Shown piece by piece: positions 49,926-61,380 of a stretch of 64,000 bases of DNA. The translations under genes were made by a program, and so were the position numbers. The stretch is from Phaeosaccion multiseriatum (taxonomy: Eukaryota; Protista; Ochrophyta, other classes): contig OZ218962.1 in assembly GCA_965112735.1 (NCBI GenBank), forward strand, positions 1,550,001 through 1,614,000, given 5' to 3'. The notes beneath the pieces are model-generated. The model was given only the letters and a program-made list of their open reading frames with translations. It did not search any database and was not told where the DNA came from. Each line of letters starts with the position of its first letter. The first letter of the stretch is position 1.

Positions 49926-51674
49926 TTATTGAGATGCCTCTGAAGATGGTGGATGACTGTCTATTCCTGTGGCCAGGACTGATACTCGCATCCGTCCTTC
50001 GAGAGAGGGGTCGTACGCAGAGCCGAAGATAATGTTTGCACAGGGGTCTTGGACCTCGCCGGTTATTCGCGTGACGGCCTTATCCACCTCCATCAAAGTG
50101 ATGTCAGCGCTGTATGCGAAGAGCGAGAGGGAACAGAGACAGCGATCAAAATAAAATTAAAAGAGCACCTGAAATGAAGGGCTATGATAGCAGAAAGACT
50201 TACCCGCCGGTGACATTGACAAGGACCCCTTTGGCACTCGCGCACGATAAGTCTCCAAGGAGGGGGTTACTGAGGGCGTCTTCTGCCGCTCGAATAGCTC
50301 GATCGTCCCCTTCCGCTTCGCCTGTGCCCATCATTGCGTTCCCCATGCCAGCCATGATTGCTGCACGGACATGGCGACCAGAGAAAGACATTGATTGATG
50401 AGAGGGCGGAAATCCACAAATACCTCCCCTTTTCAGCTCCACACCAGCTTACCTTGCACGTCAGCAAAGTCAAGATTCACGTGGCCTGGATTTACCATGA
50501 GATCAGTCACACTTCGAACACCGCCCAGGAGGACGTCGTCAGCCAGCCGGAAGGCATCTAACAGGGACGTTCTCTCGTCCGCCAGTTTGAAGAGATGCTG
50601 ATTTGGAATGACGATACTACAGTCACAACAGTCCTTGAGGTAACTGAGCCCTTCATCGCAGAGGCGCATACGGTGCTTGCCCTCAAAGTGGAAGGGCTTG
50701 GTCACTACAGCGACAGTCAAGAGCCCGGCTCCCAGGGCAATGTCGGCGATGACTGGGGCTGCACCCGTTCCTGTCCCTCCCCCCAACCCAGCACAGACGA
50801 ATACCATGTGGCTCCCGTCGATTCGCTCCAAGATCTCGTCCTTAGATTCGAGTGCTGCCTGGCGACCCGCATCGGGGTTCGCTCCGCACCCCAAACCTTG
50901 AGTAACAGAACTTGTGGTGTTGGAAACGCGGGGTGTAAGATACATCGCTGGCTCGGGTTTCCATTGGGGCACTTTTTATCCTCCTCTTACCTGCCCAGTT
51001 GAAGACGATTGTCAGTCAATGTTGTTGCGAGATGCTGTGCATCCGTATTTGCGATGAGATACTGTGCAGAGAGGGTGCCAAACACATGAGAGAAAGGGCA
51101 GGGAGCACAGCGACGAGACAGCCCACAGTACAGGAGGTGGAAAAGACTTTAGCCAGGCCGCGCCCAGGGACTCCTCCGACCAAGCACGCACCTCAACGCC
51201 CTGCAAGTTTCTTGAAATCATGTTGTTGACGGCGTTTCCACCGGCGCCACCGACCCCAATCACAGTAATCTTTGGCGCAAACTGCAGCCCGTGCAGATTG
51301 ACGTGGGGCGGAGTGAGAGGCATTGGTGCGCTCGAAGTGTGCACCGAGTCATCTCTTCGTGGCGGTGTCGGAGGATGCTTCTGGCTTCTCACTTCCGCTC
51401 CTGAATCGTCCTCTACAGCGGGAATAAGTGGAGCCTCCGCTGAACCTGAAGACAGCCGACCCTCTTCTATTGATGCGCCAACCGCAGGTAAAGATTTATC
51501 CACTGCTCCGTACTTTTCCTTCACCGAATTTTGAAAAGCTTTGCGCAGCGATCGGCCTTCGCTTGAGAGGTCACGTTTTTGCTGGTCCGTTCGGGAAGTG
51601 GGCGAAACAATCAGGCTAGGAAGTGGGTGTGCTCTCCGCAGGCCATGCACGCCTTGTCTCAGTAAATGGGCCAT
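49926..51674 (-). CDS. ftsZ: FtsZ, probably mitochondrial, multi-exon
   Basis: '[15 protein letters not shown]', 'ANTDAQHL', 'GLGCGANP', 'GLGGGTGTG', 'VTKPFHFEG', 'NLDFADV' and 'NIIFGS'. Arg-rich N-terminal presequence without a signal peptide. Stop TAA at 49926-49928. Confidence 0.93.
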
Positions 51675-52629
51675 GAAGGGGGGGGGATTACAACTGTAGG
51701 GATAGAGTGTTCACGGAAAGAAGTCGCCATTTGTTGCTCTGTCTGCAACAACATGCGAAGCTGCTGCCCGCGTGGAATGAAGGTCCAGTGCTGTTTGCGG
51801 CGCCTCACAGTTGGGGCCAGAGCACAATGTGGCAGTAGCGGCAGAGAAGCAGGACAGAGCTACGCGTTTACGGGGACTTGGTGTGGCAGCAGAAGGAAGC
51901 CGCAGGCAGGGGAAGAGGGCGACGTGCTCTTGTGGAGTTTCTGCATGTCGCAGCGGGCATCTTCAGCCGGGTGTCCCGGAGAGAGGAGAGCAAGGAGATA
52001 TGCAGAGAGGCTTGGCACCCAGTCAACAGCGGAGAATGGATACCGCATGTGGAGGAAGGCGAGGGCTACCGCACAGGGCTGCCCCCCTCGTTTCGAGCCC
52101 CCCCTGTCTCCCCCTTGGCCCTGTGACTGGGGGGTAGGCATCGCTTCAATCAGTCGGCGGAGGGGGATAGTGTGTCGTTGCTTCCGGTGGTTCGAGAGAT
52201 GATGAGCAGTCCAACAAGTAAGATGACTTCCGGGGCTTATCGATATTGGATTCGAATTCCACAAAGTGTTAGATGCGGCGAAAGCGATGGTCTCGCGGCC
52301 GTGGAGGGAGGAGTGAAGATGCGAGTGACCTTGGCGTAAACGCAGGAAGAATGTGGATGAAAGAGATTATGGGCTTCAGTCTGCTCTGCTATTGGGCCCC
52401 GTCGTGGTGGCTATAGATGCTTTGCGGTGCCGTTGCGGGCGAGGACTCGATCCAGGATGCAAGGGGGAAAGGATACGCCCACGCCTGGTGCCGTGACGAC
52501 GAGAAAGGCGTAGGGAGCGTCTCACCAGGTCAACAAGGCCCCCAGCAGCCCCCCTGCGACGACTAGAAGACCTCACTCAGGCCTTTCGTGCTTAACCGAT
52601 TCCCGACGAGGGTACATCGCAGCCAGCAA

Positions 52630-53040
52630 GAGTCTCATTCGGGCTGCTTGTGCCCCGCTAATGCGGCTTTTTCGCCCCGCTGAACACCAGATTGAGCCCA
52701 TCCAGTTCCCCACCTGGCGCTGTGATGGCAATGCAGTGTCTCAGTTGGGCCTGTTGTGCTGAGCCAATACCCGGCGCGGCATGTTGTGGACAGCAAATCT
52801 GTCGTTCGGGCTGTCCGTGCCCCGCAAATACCGGCTTTTGCCTTTTTTGTCAGATTGGGCCATTTGGGCCCATCGGAGACCCCACTTGGCGCCGTTGTGG
52901 CGATGCAGTATCGCCACTGGGCCTGTTGTGCTGAGCCAATGCCTAATGCGGGCCTGTTCTGGCCAGCAAACGCCTGGTTCAGGCTGTGTGTGCCCCGCAA
53001 ATGCCGTCTTTAGCCTTTTTGAGCCCAGCAAAGGACCAGA
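52630..53040 (+). repeat. About two diverged monomers of the 176-bp satellite
   Basis: Shares blocks ATCGGAGACCCCACTTGGC, ATGCAGTAT, TGAGCCAAT, TGGTTCAGGCTGTGTGTGCCC and TTTTGAGCCCA with the 61.4-64 kb array, in the same orientation. Confidence 0.88.
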
Positions 53041-53532
53041 TTGCTGCCAGCTGAGGGGGGGTATGCGATGGCCGACGGGACGCGCGGGTAGGGGGTGAGG
53101 TTCAAATAGACTGGAGATTGCCCTCGCCCCCTGAAGAGAAGCGGACCGAGGGCAGGGGTGGCCGAGCCTGATGCGCGGGGAAGAGTCGGCACGCGAAGAG
53201 CCTGGGACGGGTGCTGCTGGCAGCCACGAAGCACCCGTGGGTACTCGGATGAGTGGGGGTGGAGCGGGACTTGGGGTGCTGACTGCGTTGGCACCCCAAG
53301 CTTCGCTGCGTTCGAAATGCGGTGCCCGCCCCCCTCATTATCGCAGCGCCCTAGGAGACTCTTTGCGTCTCCGAGGTGGTGTGGAGTTTGGAGTCACAAA
53401 GGTGGTATACATGTTGGAATCCGTATCGTCGACATTTGAGGGACGCCTTGCATGATCGGTCGGTTGAGTTCGTGATGTGCATATCGCTGGGATGCAGGAC
53501 AAGTAGGAGAGTGGACCTGTGAGGAAGAGGGG

Positions 53533-55458
53533 GTGTGAAATTTATATTAGAGCTTATGGGCTCAGTATTGGCGCTCTTGAGGTGAGTGGTAACCGTGAAG
53601 AGACGTGTATGTGAGGTGTGGTGATGGAGAGTGATGTGCAGGAGGAGAGGATGGCGATGGGGGTGGAGGGGGAAGGAGAGGATAAAAGGGGAGTGGGAAG
53701 GGGGTGAAGTGGATCGTGGGGTGTGTGGTATGTGAGCTATCCTAGTGTGGATAGTGTGGTGGACAAGTCGTTGGCTAACTGTTGGTGCTATGCTGTGTGC
53801 TGATGGTCTCTATGTCTGCTGCCGTGTATACTCCTACTCCTCAGGCGTCCGCTCCGTCGATGGCTCCCATGAGCCCCCAGTCGAGGGTTTCTGCTGCCTC
53901 ATGCCGCGTCATCGTGGCTCGAAGGAGGGGTGCCATACCTGATCTCCTGCTGTGAGAGGGCGCGTTGAAGGGCGAGGGACAGTTGTTGGCGCAGTAGGCC
54001 CTTGATGGGGCCCGTGGCTGCCGCCGCTGCTGGGCCGAGCCCCCTCGAGGCCTTGTGGATGGCCATCGCCTCAATGAGCTCGTCCGTTGGTGGCCCAGTC
54101 TGCCGTATGACTCGATTGCAATGCACTTCAGGGTTGAAGTCCCGGGCAGAAAACTGCCCAGGTAATGGGTGCGCTTGGGTGTTCTTCGGCAGCGGCTGCT
54201 GCGTGGCCTGGTGTCGTGGATGCTCTTCCCACGTGGGTGGGGGCGGTGGGGTTGGTGACGGTGATGTCGCAGAGGAGGTTTCTCCGCAGGGGTGCGTCTG
54301 CTCCCGGGAAGCGGCCTACGGGATAGGTGAGGTCCATCCTGAGGTCTCGTCCCACTCTGGTGCCGCTGGGGCCGTCGAAGCAGGTCTGGTCCTCGACACG
54401 TGCTCCTCCGATGCCCACGCTGTGCATCATCCTCCCGAAGGCCTTGACGAGGAGGTGGTGGGTATGATTGTGGAGCCCAGTGCGAGGGCAGATGGTGGCG
54501 TGGGTGGTGCTTGCCGTGCGGGCGCAGCCTGTGCCGAGGCAGGGTGGGGGGGGGTCCGCGTATGGCGTGTTGATACCGAGGTTGCGGCGAAGGGCCATGG
54601 TCCATTCTGCTGGGGCCATGGTATTATGGCCATGGGGGAGCGCTCCCAGGAAGGCCATGGCGCCCCTTCCTCTCTGTGAGTGGAGTCGGGCCGCTGCCAT
54701 GTCCTGTGTCTCCTCTCCCCTCTGTGCCTCTGCCGGTGTGACGTCGATGGTGCCAATGCTCTGCGTCAGCTCCTCGTGGCGGCGTTTGTGGATGTGGGTG
54801 GTGATGGCCTTCTGGACGCCGTGGGTCGGTTGGCGGCCTGCCTGATGGCTCCTGCGGACGTTGCGTCTCGCTGTGGCTTGGGCGTGTTGGTCAGGCGGCT
54901 CGAGTACGCGTGAGCGGGCCTCGTCGAACTGATCCTGCCCCACTGCTTGGATGAGGGGGGCCTCAGGGATACCCTCCTCGCACAGGAGGTTGATGCTGGC
55001 GGCGACGCTCTTGAGGACTCCGTTGTTGAAGAGCTGGTCCGGTAGGGCGCTCTCTTGGGTCCCTCCTCGGCGTGCGATGCGACTGAGCAGGGGGGGGAGG
55101 GTGAGCATCTTGTTGCCAAGGTATGCCGCTGGTGCGATGTCGTTGAGGCTGATGAGGCCGAGGCCTCCAAGGCGTCTTGCCGTGTGGATTTGCACGTGGG
55201 TGGGCGTCCAGTGCTCCGCTTGGGCGTCTGCGGCCCGCTCCAGGGTTGATGTGTCGGGGAGTCGCATGATGTGGGCGAGGGTCACCCTGTTGATGCGGTG
55301 TGCCCTGCTGCCCAGGGCGCGCCTGAAGATGGTGGGGTCGATGGCTCTCGTTAGGTGGGTTAGTCTGGCTGGGAGACATTGTGTGAGCACGAGGGTGGCC
55401 GCTTGGGTGTCGTCCCATTCCCTGCAGTGTTGGGCGAGTTGGAGGTAGCCCCTGGGAT
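53533..55458 (-). mobile_element. RLE-type (CRE-like) non-LTR retrotransposon, copy A, 5'-truncated and frameshifted
   Basis: 'RRLGGLGL' thumb motif, Zn-knuckle 'CLGTGC....HATIC......HH', RLE 'RMDL...LCDITVTNP...IAIESYGRLG' and a ~310-nt 3' UTR. Confidence 0.9.
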
Positions 55459-58010
55459 GGGTGTGAAATTTATATTAGAGCTTATGGGCTCAGTATTGGT
55501 ACTCTTGAGGTAAGTTGTAACCATGTGTAGACGCATGTGTGTGTTGTGGTGATGGAGAGTGATGTGGAGGGGGAGAGGATGGCAATGGTGGGAGAGGGGG
55601 GAGTAGAGGATAATGGGGAGTGAGGAGGGTGTGAATGGGGGAGGAGAGAAATAAAGAGGAGTGGGAAGGGAGTGAGGTGGTGTGGGTGGTATGGGAGCTA
55701 TCCTAGTGTGGGTGGTGCGAAAGACTAGTCGTTGACTAACTGTTGCTGCTATGCTGTGTGCTGATGGTCCCGATGTCTGCTGTCGTGTGTACTCCTGCTC
55801 CTCAGGCGTCCGCTCCGTCGATGGCTCCCATGAGCCCCCAGTCGAGGGTTTCCGGTGCCGCGTCATTTCTCAAGGAGGGTGCCGTACCTGATCTCCAGCT
55901 GTGAAAGGGCGCGTTGAAGGGCGAGGGACAGTTGTTGGCGCAGGAGGCCCTTGATGGGGCCCGTGGCTGCCGCCGCTGCTGGGCCGAGCCCCCTTGATGC
56001 CTTGTGGATGGCCATCGCCTCGATGAGCTCGTCCGTTTGGTGGCCCAGTCTGCCGTACGTCTCGATTGCAACGCACTTCAGGGTTGAAGTCCCGGGCAGA
56101 AAACTACCCAGGTAATGAATGCGTTTGCGCTCTTCGTCGGCGGCTGCTGCGTGGCCTGGCGTGGTGGAGGCCCGTCCCACGTGGGTGGGAGCGGTGGGGT
56201 TGGTGACGGTGATGTCGCAGAGGAGGTTTCTCCTCAGGGGTGCGTCTGCTCCCGGGAAGCTGCCTGCGGGATAGGTGAGGTCCATGCGTAGGTCTCGGCC
56301 TGCTCGGGTGCCCGTGGGGCCGTCGAAGCAGGTCTGGTCCTCTACGCGTGCTCCTCCGATGCCCACGCTGTGCATCATCCTCCCGAAGGCCTTGACAAGG
56401 AGGTGGTGTGTGTGGTTGTGGAGCCCGGTGCGGGGGCAGATGGTGGCGTGGGTGGTGCTTGCCGTGCGGGCGCAGCCTGTGCCGAGGCAGGGTGGGGGCG
56501 GGTCCGCGTATGGCGTGTTGACGCCGAGGTTGGGACGAAGGGCCATGGTCCATTCTGCTGGGGCCATGGTGTTGTGGCCGTGGGGGAGCGCTCCGAGGAA
56601 GGCCATGGCGCCCCTTCCTCTCTATGAGTGGAGTCGGGCTGCTGCCATGTCCTGTGTCTCCTCTCCCCTCTGTGCCTCTGCCGGTGTGACGTCGATGGTG
56701 GCGATGCTCTGCGTCAGCTCCTCGTGGCGGCGTTTGTGGATGTGGGTGGTGATGGCCTTCTGGACGCCGTGGGTCGGTTGGCGGCCTGCCTGATGGCTCC
56801 TGCGGACGTTGCGTCTCGCTGTGGCTTGTGCTTGTTGGTCAGGCGGCTCGAGTACGCGTGAGCGGGCCTCGTCGAACTGCTCCTGCCCCACTGCTTGGAT
56901 GAGGGGGGCCTCAGGGATCCCCTCCTCGTGCAGGAGGTTGAGGCTGTCAGCGACGCTCTTGAGGGCTCCGTTGGTGAAGAGCTGGTCCGGTAGGGCGCCC
57001 TCTTGGGAGCCCCCTCGGCGTGCGATGCGGCTGAGCAGGGGGGGGAGGGTGAGCATCTTGTTGCCAAGGTATGCTGCTGGGGCGATGTCGTGGAGGCTGG
57101 TGAGGCCGAGGCCGCCGAGGCGCCGTGCCGTATGGATTTGGAGTCGCTGTGTCTCCGTCCATGGCTCCTCGGGTGCATCAGCTGCCTGTTCCAGAGGCGG
57201 TGCGTCGGGGAGTCGCATGATGTGGGCCAGGGTCATCCTGTTGGTGCGGTCTGCTCTGCTGCCGAGGGCGCGCCTGAAGATGTTGGGGTCAATGGCTCTA
57301 GCCAGGTGTGTGAGCCTGGCAGGGAGGCATTGGAGGAGGTCGAGGGTGGCCGCCTGGGTGTTGTCCCACTCGCTGCAGTGTTTGGCGAGTTGGAGGTAGC
57401 CCCTTGGGTCCTCTTGTGCGAGAATGTTATGGAGGTGCTCGTCGATGTACTCCTTCCCTTGCCCATGAGGTAGACCATCTTCCGCTCGTTGAACTCGAGG
57501 CCTCGGCCTCGGAATTGGGCTTGCAGATGGGCATGGCGTGGGGCGTAGTCCGCTAGGGGTGCATCGGGCTCCAGCTGGTCCATGAGGTCGTCTGCGTAGG
57601 CGGAGATGGTGGGGCGGTTCACTGCTGTGTCGGCTGCATGCTGAGCTTTCTGCACTGGGTGGATGGCGGCTGCGAACATGAGCGGCCCTTCTGGTGCGCC
57701 TTGGTTGACTCCAGAGCTCTGGTGGATGGTCTGGGTGCCGTCCGGTGTGAGGGCGTTGTGGGCGGAGGCGTGGGAGAGGCTGGCGATGGCGTAGTTGATG
57801 CCTACTGGGTCGATGGTATGGAGTGCGCCTGAGGCTAGTATGCCTCTGGCACGCGACACGCGAGTGTAGGCCTTGGTGATGTCCTGCAGCACGACGGTTT
57901 TGCCGGCATCGTGCGCTAGCTGGGCCGCTGCGGCGTGTGTTTCCCCTCCTCCTCTGACCGCTACCGCTAGCTGCCCTGCGCTTCTGAGCTCCGGGCCCAC
58001 CCTGTCCGTG
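55459..58010 (-). mobile_element. RLE-type (CRE-like) non-LTR retrotransposon, copy B, 5'-truncated within RT and disrupted
   Basis: RT motifs 'GQLAVAVRGGGE', 'LQDITKAY', 'GVNQGAPEGPLMF', 'SAYADDL' and 'GLEFN'. Zn-knuckle and RLE as in copy A. Frameshift or deletion near 57465 and a CAG>TAG stop at 56622. Confidence 0.92.
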
Positions 58011-59148
58011 TGTGAGAAGCATCGGGTCCAGGGAGGATTATGCAAAGCCCATGGAGCTGCGGTCATGAGATGTACGAAGGGGGCTGCGACAAGTACCCTC
58101 AGGGTGGCTTGGGTGGGATGTGCATCAGACACGCAGGGTGGCGTGGGTGGGATGTGCATCAGACACGCACGTACGAAACGAGAGAGAGCAGAGCAGCAGG
58201 AGAGGGGGCTTCACTTTGCGCCTGGATCCAAGCGACGAGCTGCGACCGATCTCGGTCGGAGAGGAGGGAAGAGGGCAAGACTTCCAACCAAAGGAGAAGA
58301 GAATGATGAAGACGACCGGGGGGAGGAGAGTGGAGAAGGACTGGTTACGGGGCGGGGGCTCCATTTCGGGGACGAATTTCAGCTGCCCGCTGGTCTGTGG
58401 AGGGAGCTGGAGGGTGGTGGGGCTGAGGCTGTCAAAGTCTGCCTAGGCCGTCGAGACGCAGAGCGATCGAATGGCGTGGTGGTGACTGTGGACCAGAGGA
58501 AGGTGAGGCTACTGCCCTACCGTGTAGTCCGCGTCAAGAGAAAGGGGGCCAGCGTGGAGAGCATTGTTGGAGACTTTGTGTCTGCCTACCACCGCTATAG
58601 CTTAGGGGGAGGAGGTGTTGCTGACGACGAGAAGCAGGAGGAGGGGTGGGCGGTGCTGGAGGAGAGCATGGTGGCGCGGCAAGTGAGAGGAAGAGACGCG
58701 GGTGGAAGGTGCTACGAGCGTGCGTGCGTGAGCGTGCGTGTGGGTGAAGTTCCCTGGCTCGGGACTTAAGCTGTAGGGCTAAGGTGGAGCTCCGAAACTA
58801 TACCTCCTACAAAAGTGCGAATCTCTCTGACGCCCCACCGCGTGAGCCTCTCTACCTCACATTAACCAAAGCAAAGATGAACTTGCAACCACCACACTCA
58901 TGCTCTTGTTTTGTTTCGCTTTTCTGGAGTACCTAACCTCAAAAAAGGAAAGCCTGTACTTGTCTCCTCTCTCTCTATTTCATACACGTCTTTCACCCCC
59001 CGATATACATACATGCGTGGGGCAAAATGTAATGCCTGTACTTGTCTCCTCTCTCTATATATCGATAATGGTGGGGCGCGTCTCCTTGTCCTGAGCAAGC
59101 ATGGCGCATCGGGCTCCTCAGGAACCCCCTTTCGCCGCCCTCTCCACC

Positions 59149-60646
59149 TCAAATCTCCATCCGAATGAAAACTATGTCTTCGAGGAACTTGGTCACTAGA
59201 GGGTGTATAGGGGGCAGGTAGAAGGAGGGGATGGGGGGTAGAAACCAGGGGGATAGAGGGGGCGTCAGTCGGGGACTGCGGTGGAGCGGCGCGGGAGGGC
59301 TGCAGCCAGGCAGCGGCGAGTGGAAAGCCAAACAAGGGTGTAAGCAAACGTAGCAATGTTCGACTAATCCACTCACGAAAGTATTGGACGAGCGTTTGCA
59401 CCACCTCCGTCACGGACGCGTCGAAGATGGCCATTCTCTCCTCCTGCGAGCGAGTGGGTGGGTGGACCCCCAAGAGTGAGAGTGACAGCGAAAGCGAGAG
59501 CGAGGGCAAGTCAAGTAGAAGCGTGCCACAGGGGCCGGGCGGGGTAGTGCGCAACAATAGAAGAGAGAGAAGTTAAGAAGTTGGGGGTTTCGATAGCTGA
59601 AGTGGTGGAGTAGAAAAGAGGAAGGCAAAAGGCAAGAGTGCAACTACACACACACATACTTCCCCACCCACATCCACACCCACATCCACACCCACCCACA
59701 CACCCATCCACCCACCCATCCACCCACCCGCACACACGCACACGCGCACGCACACGCGCACGCACACGCGCACAAGCATGCAACGTATCCACACACGAGA
59801 GCGCCACACGCGTCAAAGACAGTCAGCGCAGCCCCACTACACCCGTCTACACTCCCCACCCAACGCTGCCTCTGCACCCCACCTCTGTGGCATTGAAGTA
59901 ATCGTCGCGACAGCATAACCTGCACGCCGTTGCGCGCATGGTCGCGTCGACGATGATCTCTTCGGAGGTATTGGGCGTCAGATAGAGGTGGCTGGGACAT
60001 GTCTGTGTAGTGAAGAAAAGCCTGCTGTCGCAGCTGTCTGGCCTCGAAAGGGGAAGCAGCAGCAGCAGCAGCAGCAGGGGCGGCAGCAGATGAGGGAAGC
60101 GCGGCGCCTCTTGAACACGATACCTTGTCGGTGCTGGATACTCCTCCCACTCTTCCCACTCTTGAATAAGCGTAGCTACACCTGGCTGTGCCCTCCCCGC
60201 GCCCTCTTCCCCCCTCCTTCTTCTGCTCCCGTCCTGCCTTGGCCGCTCGCTACTGTGTCTACTAGCCGCTGTTCCTCATCTCCAGCCGCAGCAGCAGGAG
60301 CAGCAGCAATCAAGGAAGTTTGAGGAGAGGCGGAGAGGAAGAGGGAGTGAAACCCTCTGCTGCGTAGATGAAGTCATAGCTCTCGAGGCAAATCATGCGC
60401 CGCCTTGTAGCCTGGCTCGCTGCCGCTATGACACCTGTATCCCCTTCGCCTTGGCTTTGGTCGCGAGTATGGTCTGCAAGAGGCTTGGTGTGCTCTCGAT
60501 GTAATAAAAGCTTTGGCCTCTGCTGCAGCTAGTGCTGCTCCTGCTGCTGCGGCTGCTTCTGCTGCTCGTGGCGAGGCTGGTCCTGGTGGTCCTAGCCACG
60601 GGAGTGGAGCGGCAGCATTCGCCGCATCGCTGAGCTTGCTTGGCAT
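59149..60646 (-). CDS. Hypothetical spliced gene, unknown function
   Basis: Canonical junctions CGCAG|GAGGAG...TTC|GTGAGT and CTAG|TGACC give EERMAIFDASVTEVVQTLVQYFLTKFLEDIVFIRMEI*. Upstream exons are tentative. Confidence 0.35.
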
Positions 60647-61380
60647 ACAAGGGAGGCAGGTGGCTGGCTGGGTTCCTCCTCCTCCCCCTCATCCTCGTCC
60701 TCCTTCCGTGCCATGCCACACTATACCAAGAGTTCCGCAACTCTCGACCGACGCCCTGCCCAGCTCCAGCCCCCCCCACAAGAGGTCATACTTGGTGCAA
60801 AGCTTTATCATCGCTCGAAGCCAGCGCTCCCGCCAAAAAACACATACCCGAATTGTATCACCAACAAGTGCGGGAAAAAATAAAAAAATCGTCCATCTCC
60901 GTAATCGCCACTTAGCGCTTCTCTCCTCATACCCGGGGCCTCGGAAGCTATTACGCTCTCGCTGACGTATTGGAATACATCACCTCCGGGGTTCCCGCTC
61001 CCTGCTCTGGAGGTGCGGCCCCACAGCGCGTGTTGTTAGGCGTGGGGAAAAAGCCGAAACGACAGGTCCTGAAACATCATCCGGACGGATATCTCGCGAC
61101 CGTCTGAACAAAGGCGGGCAGCCCGAGCAGAGAACAGGGAAGTAGCCCCCTGTAACCCATCAGGTGAAAATCTCCGAGCTTAATGCACTCACCAGAAGTT
61201 GGTTCCGGATCCCCTACTCCGGTACCCTCCAGTGGAGAAAACGCCTTGCTTCATCCGCAGCTGTCCCCCCCCTCGCCATCCAACCCTCACGACGTTCCCC
61301 CCATCTCTTTACGTCACGCTGGGCTCATCATCACGTAAAACGCAGGAGAGAGTGGGACTTTCACACTCCCCCCGTGTTTT

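Larger units (their letters stand above)
53475..58769 (+). pseudogene. Interrupted pseudogene with C-x4-C-x-K-x3-QGG-x-C-x2-HG (WRKY19-like) zinc-finger repeats
   Basis: Removing 53533-58010 restores CEEEGCEKHRVQGGLCKAHG. A second repeat, GCDKYPQGGLGGMCIRH, is frameshifted and carries a 34-bp tandem duplication (58102-58169). Confidence 0.7.

Noticed and set aside
51700-52600. Possible gene upstream of ftsZ
   Set aside because: Only short overlapping ORFs, with no motif or consistent splice pattern.
53533-58015. GTGTGA as a classical 6-bp target-site duplication
   Set aside because: The same hexamer is part of the element end in both copies, and a TSD model leaves an extra G that breaks the host frame. 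It is treated as microhomology or target mimicry instead.
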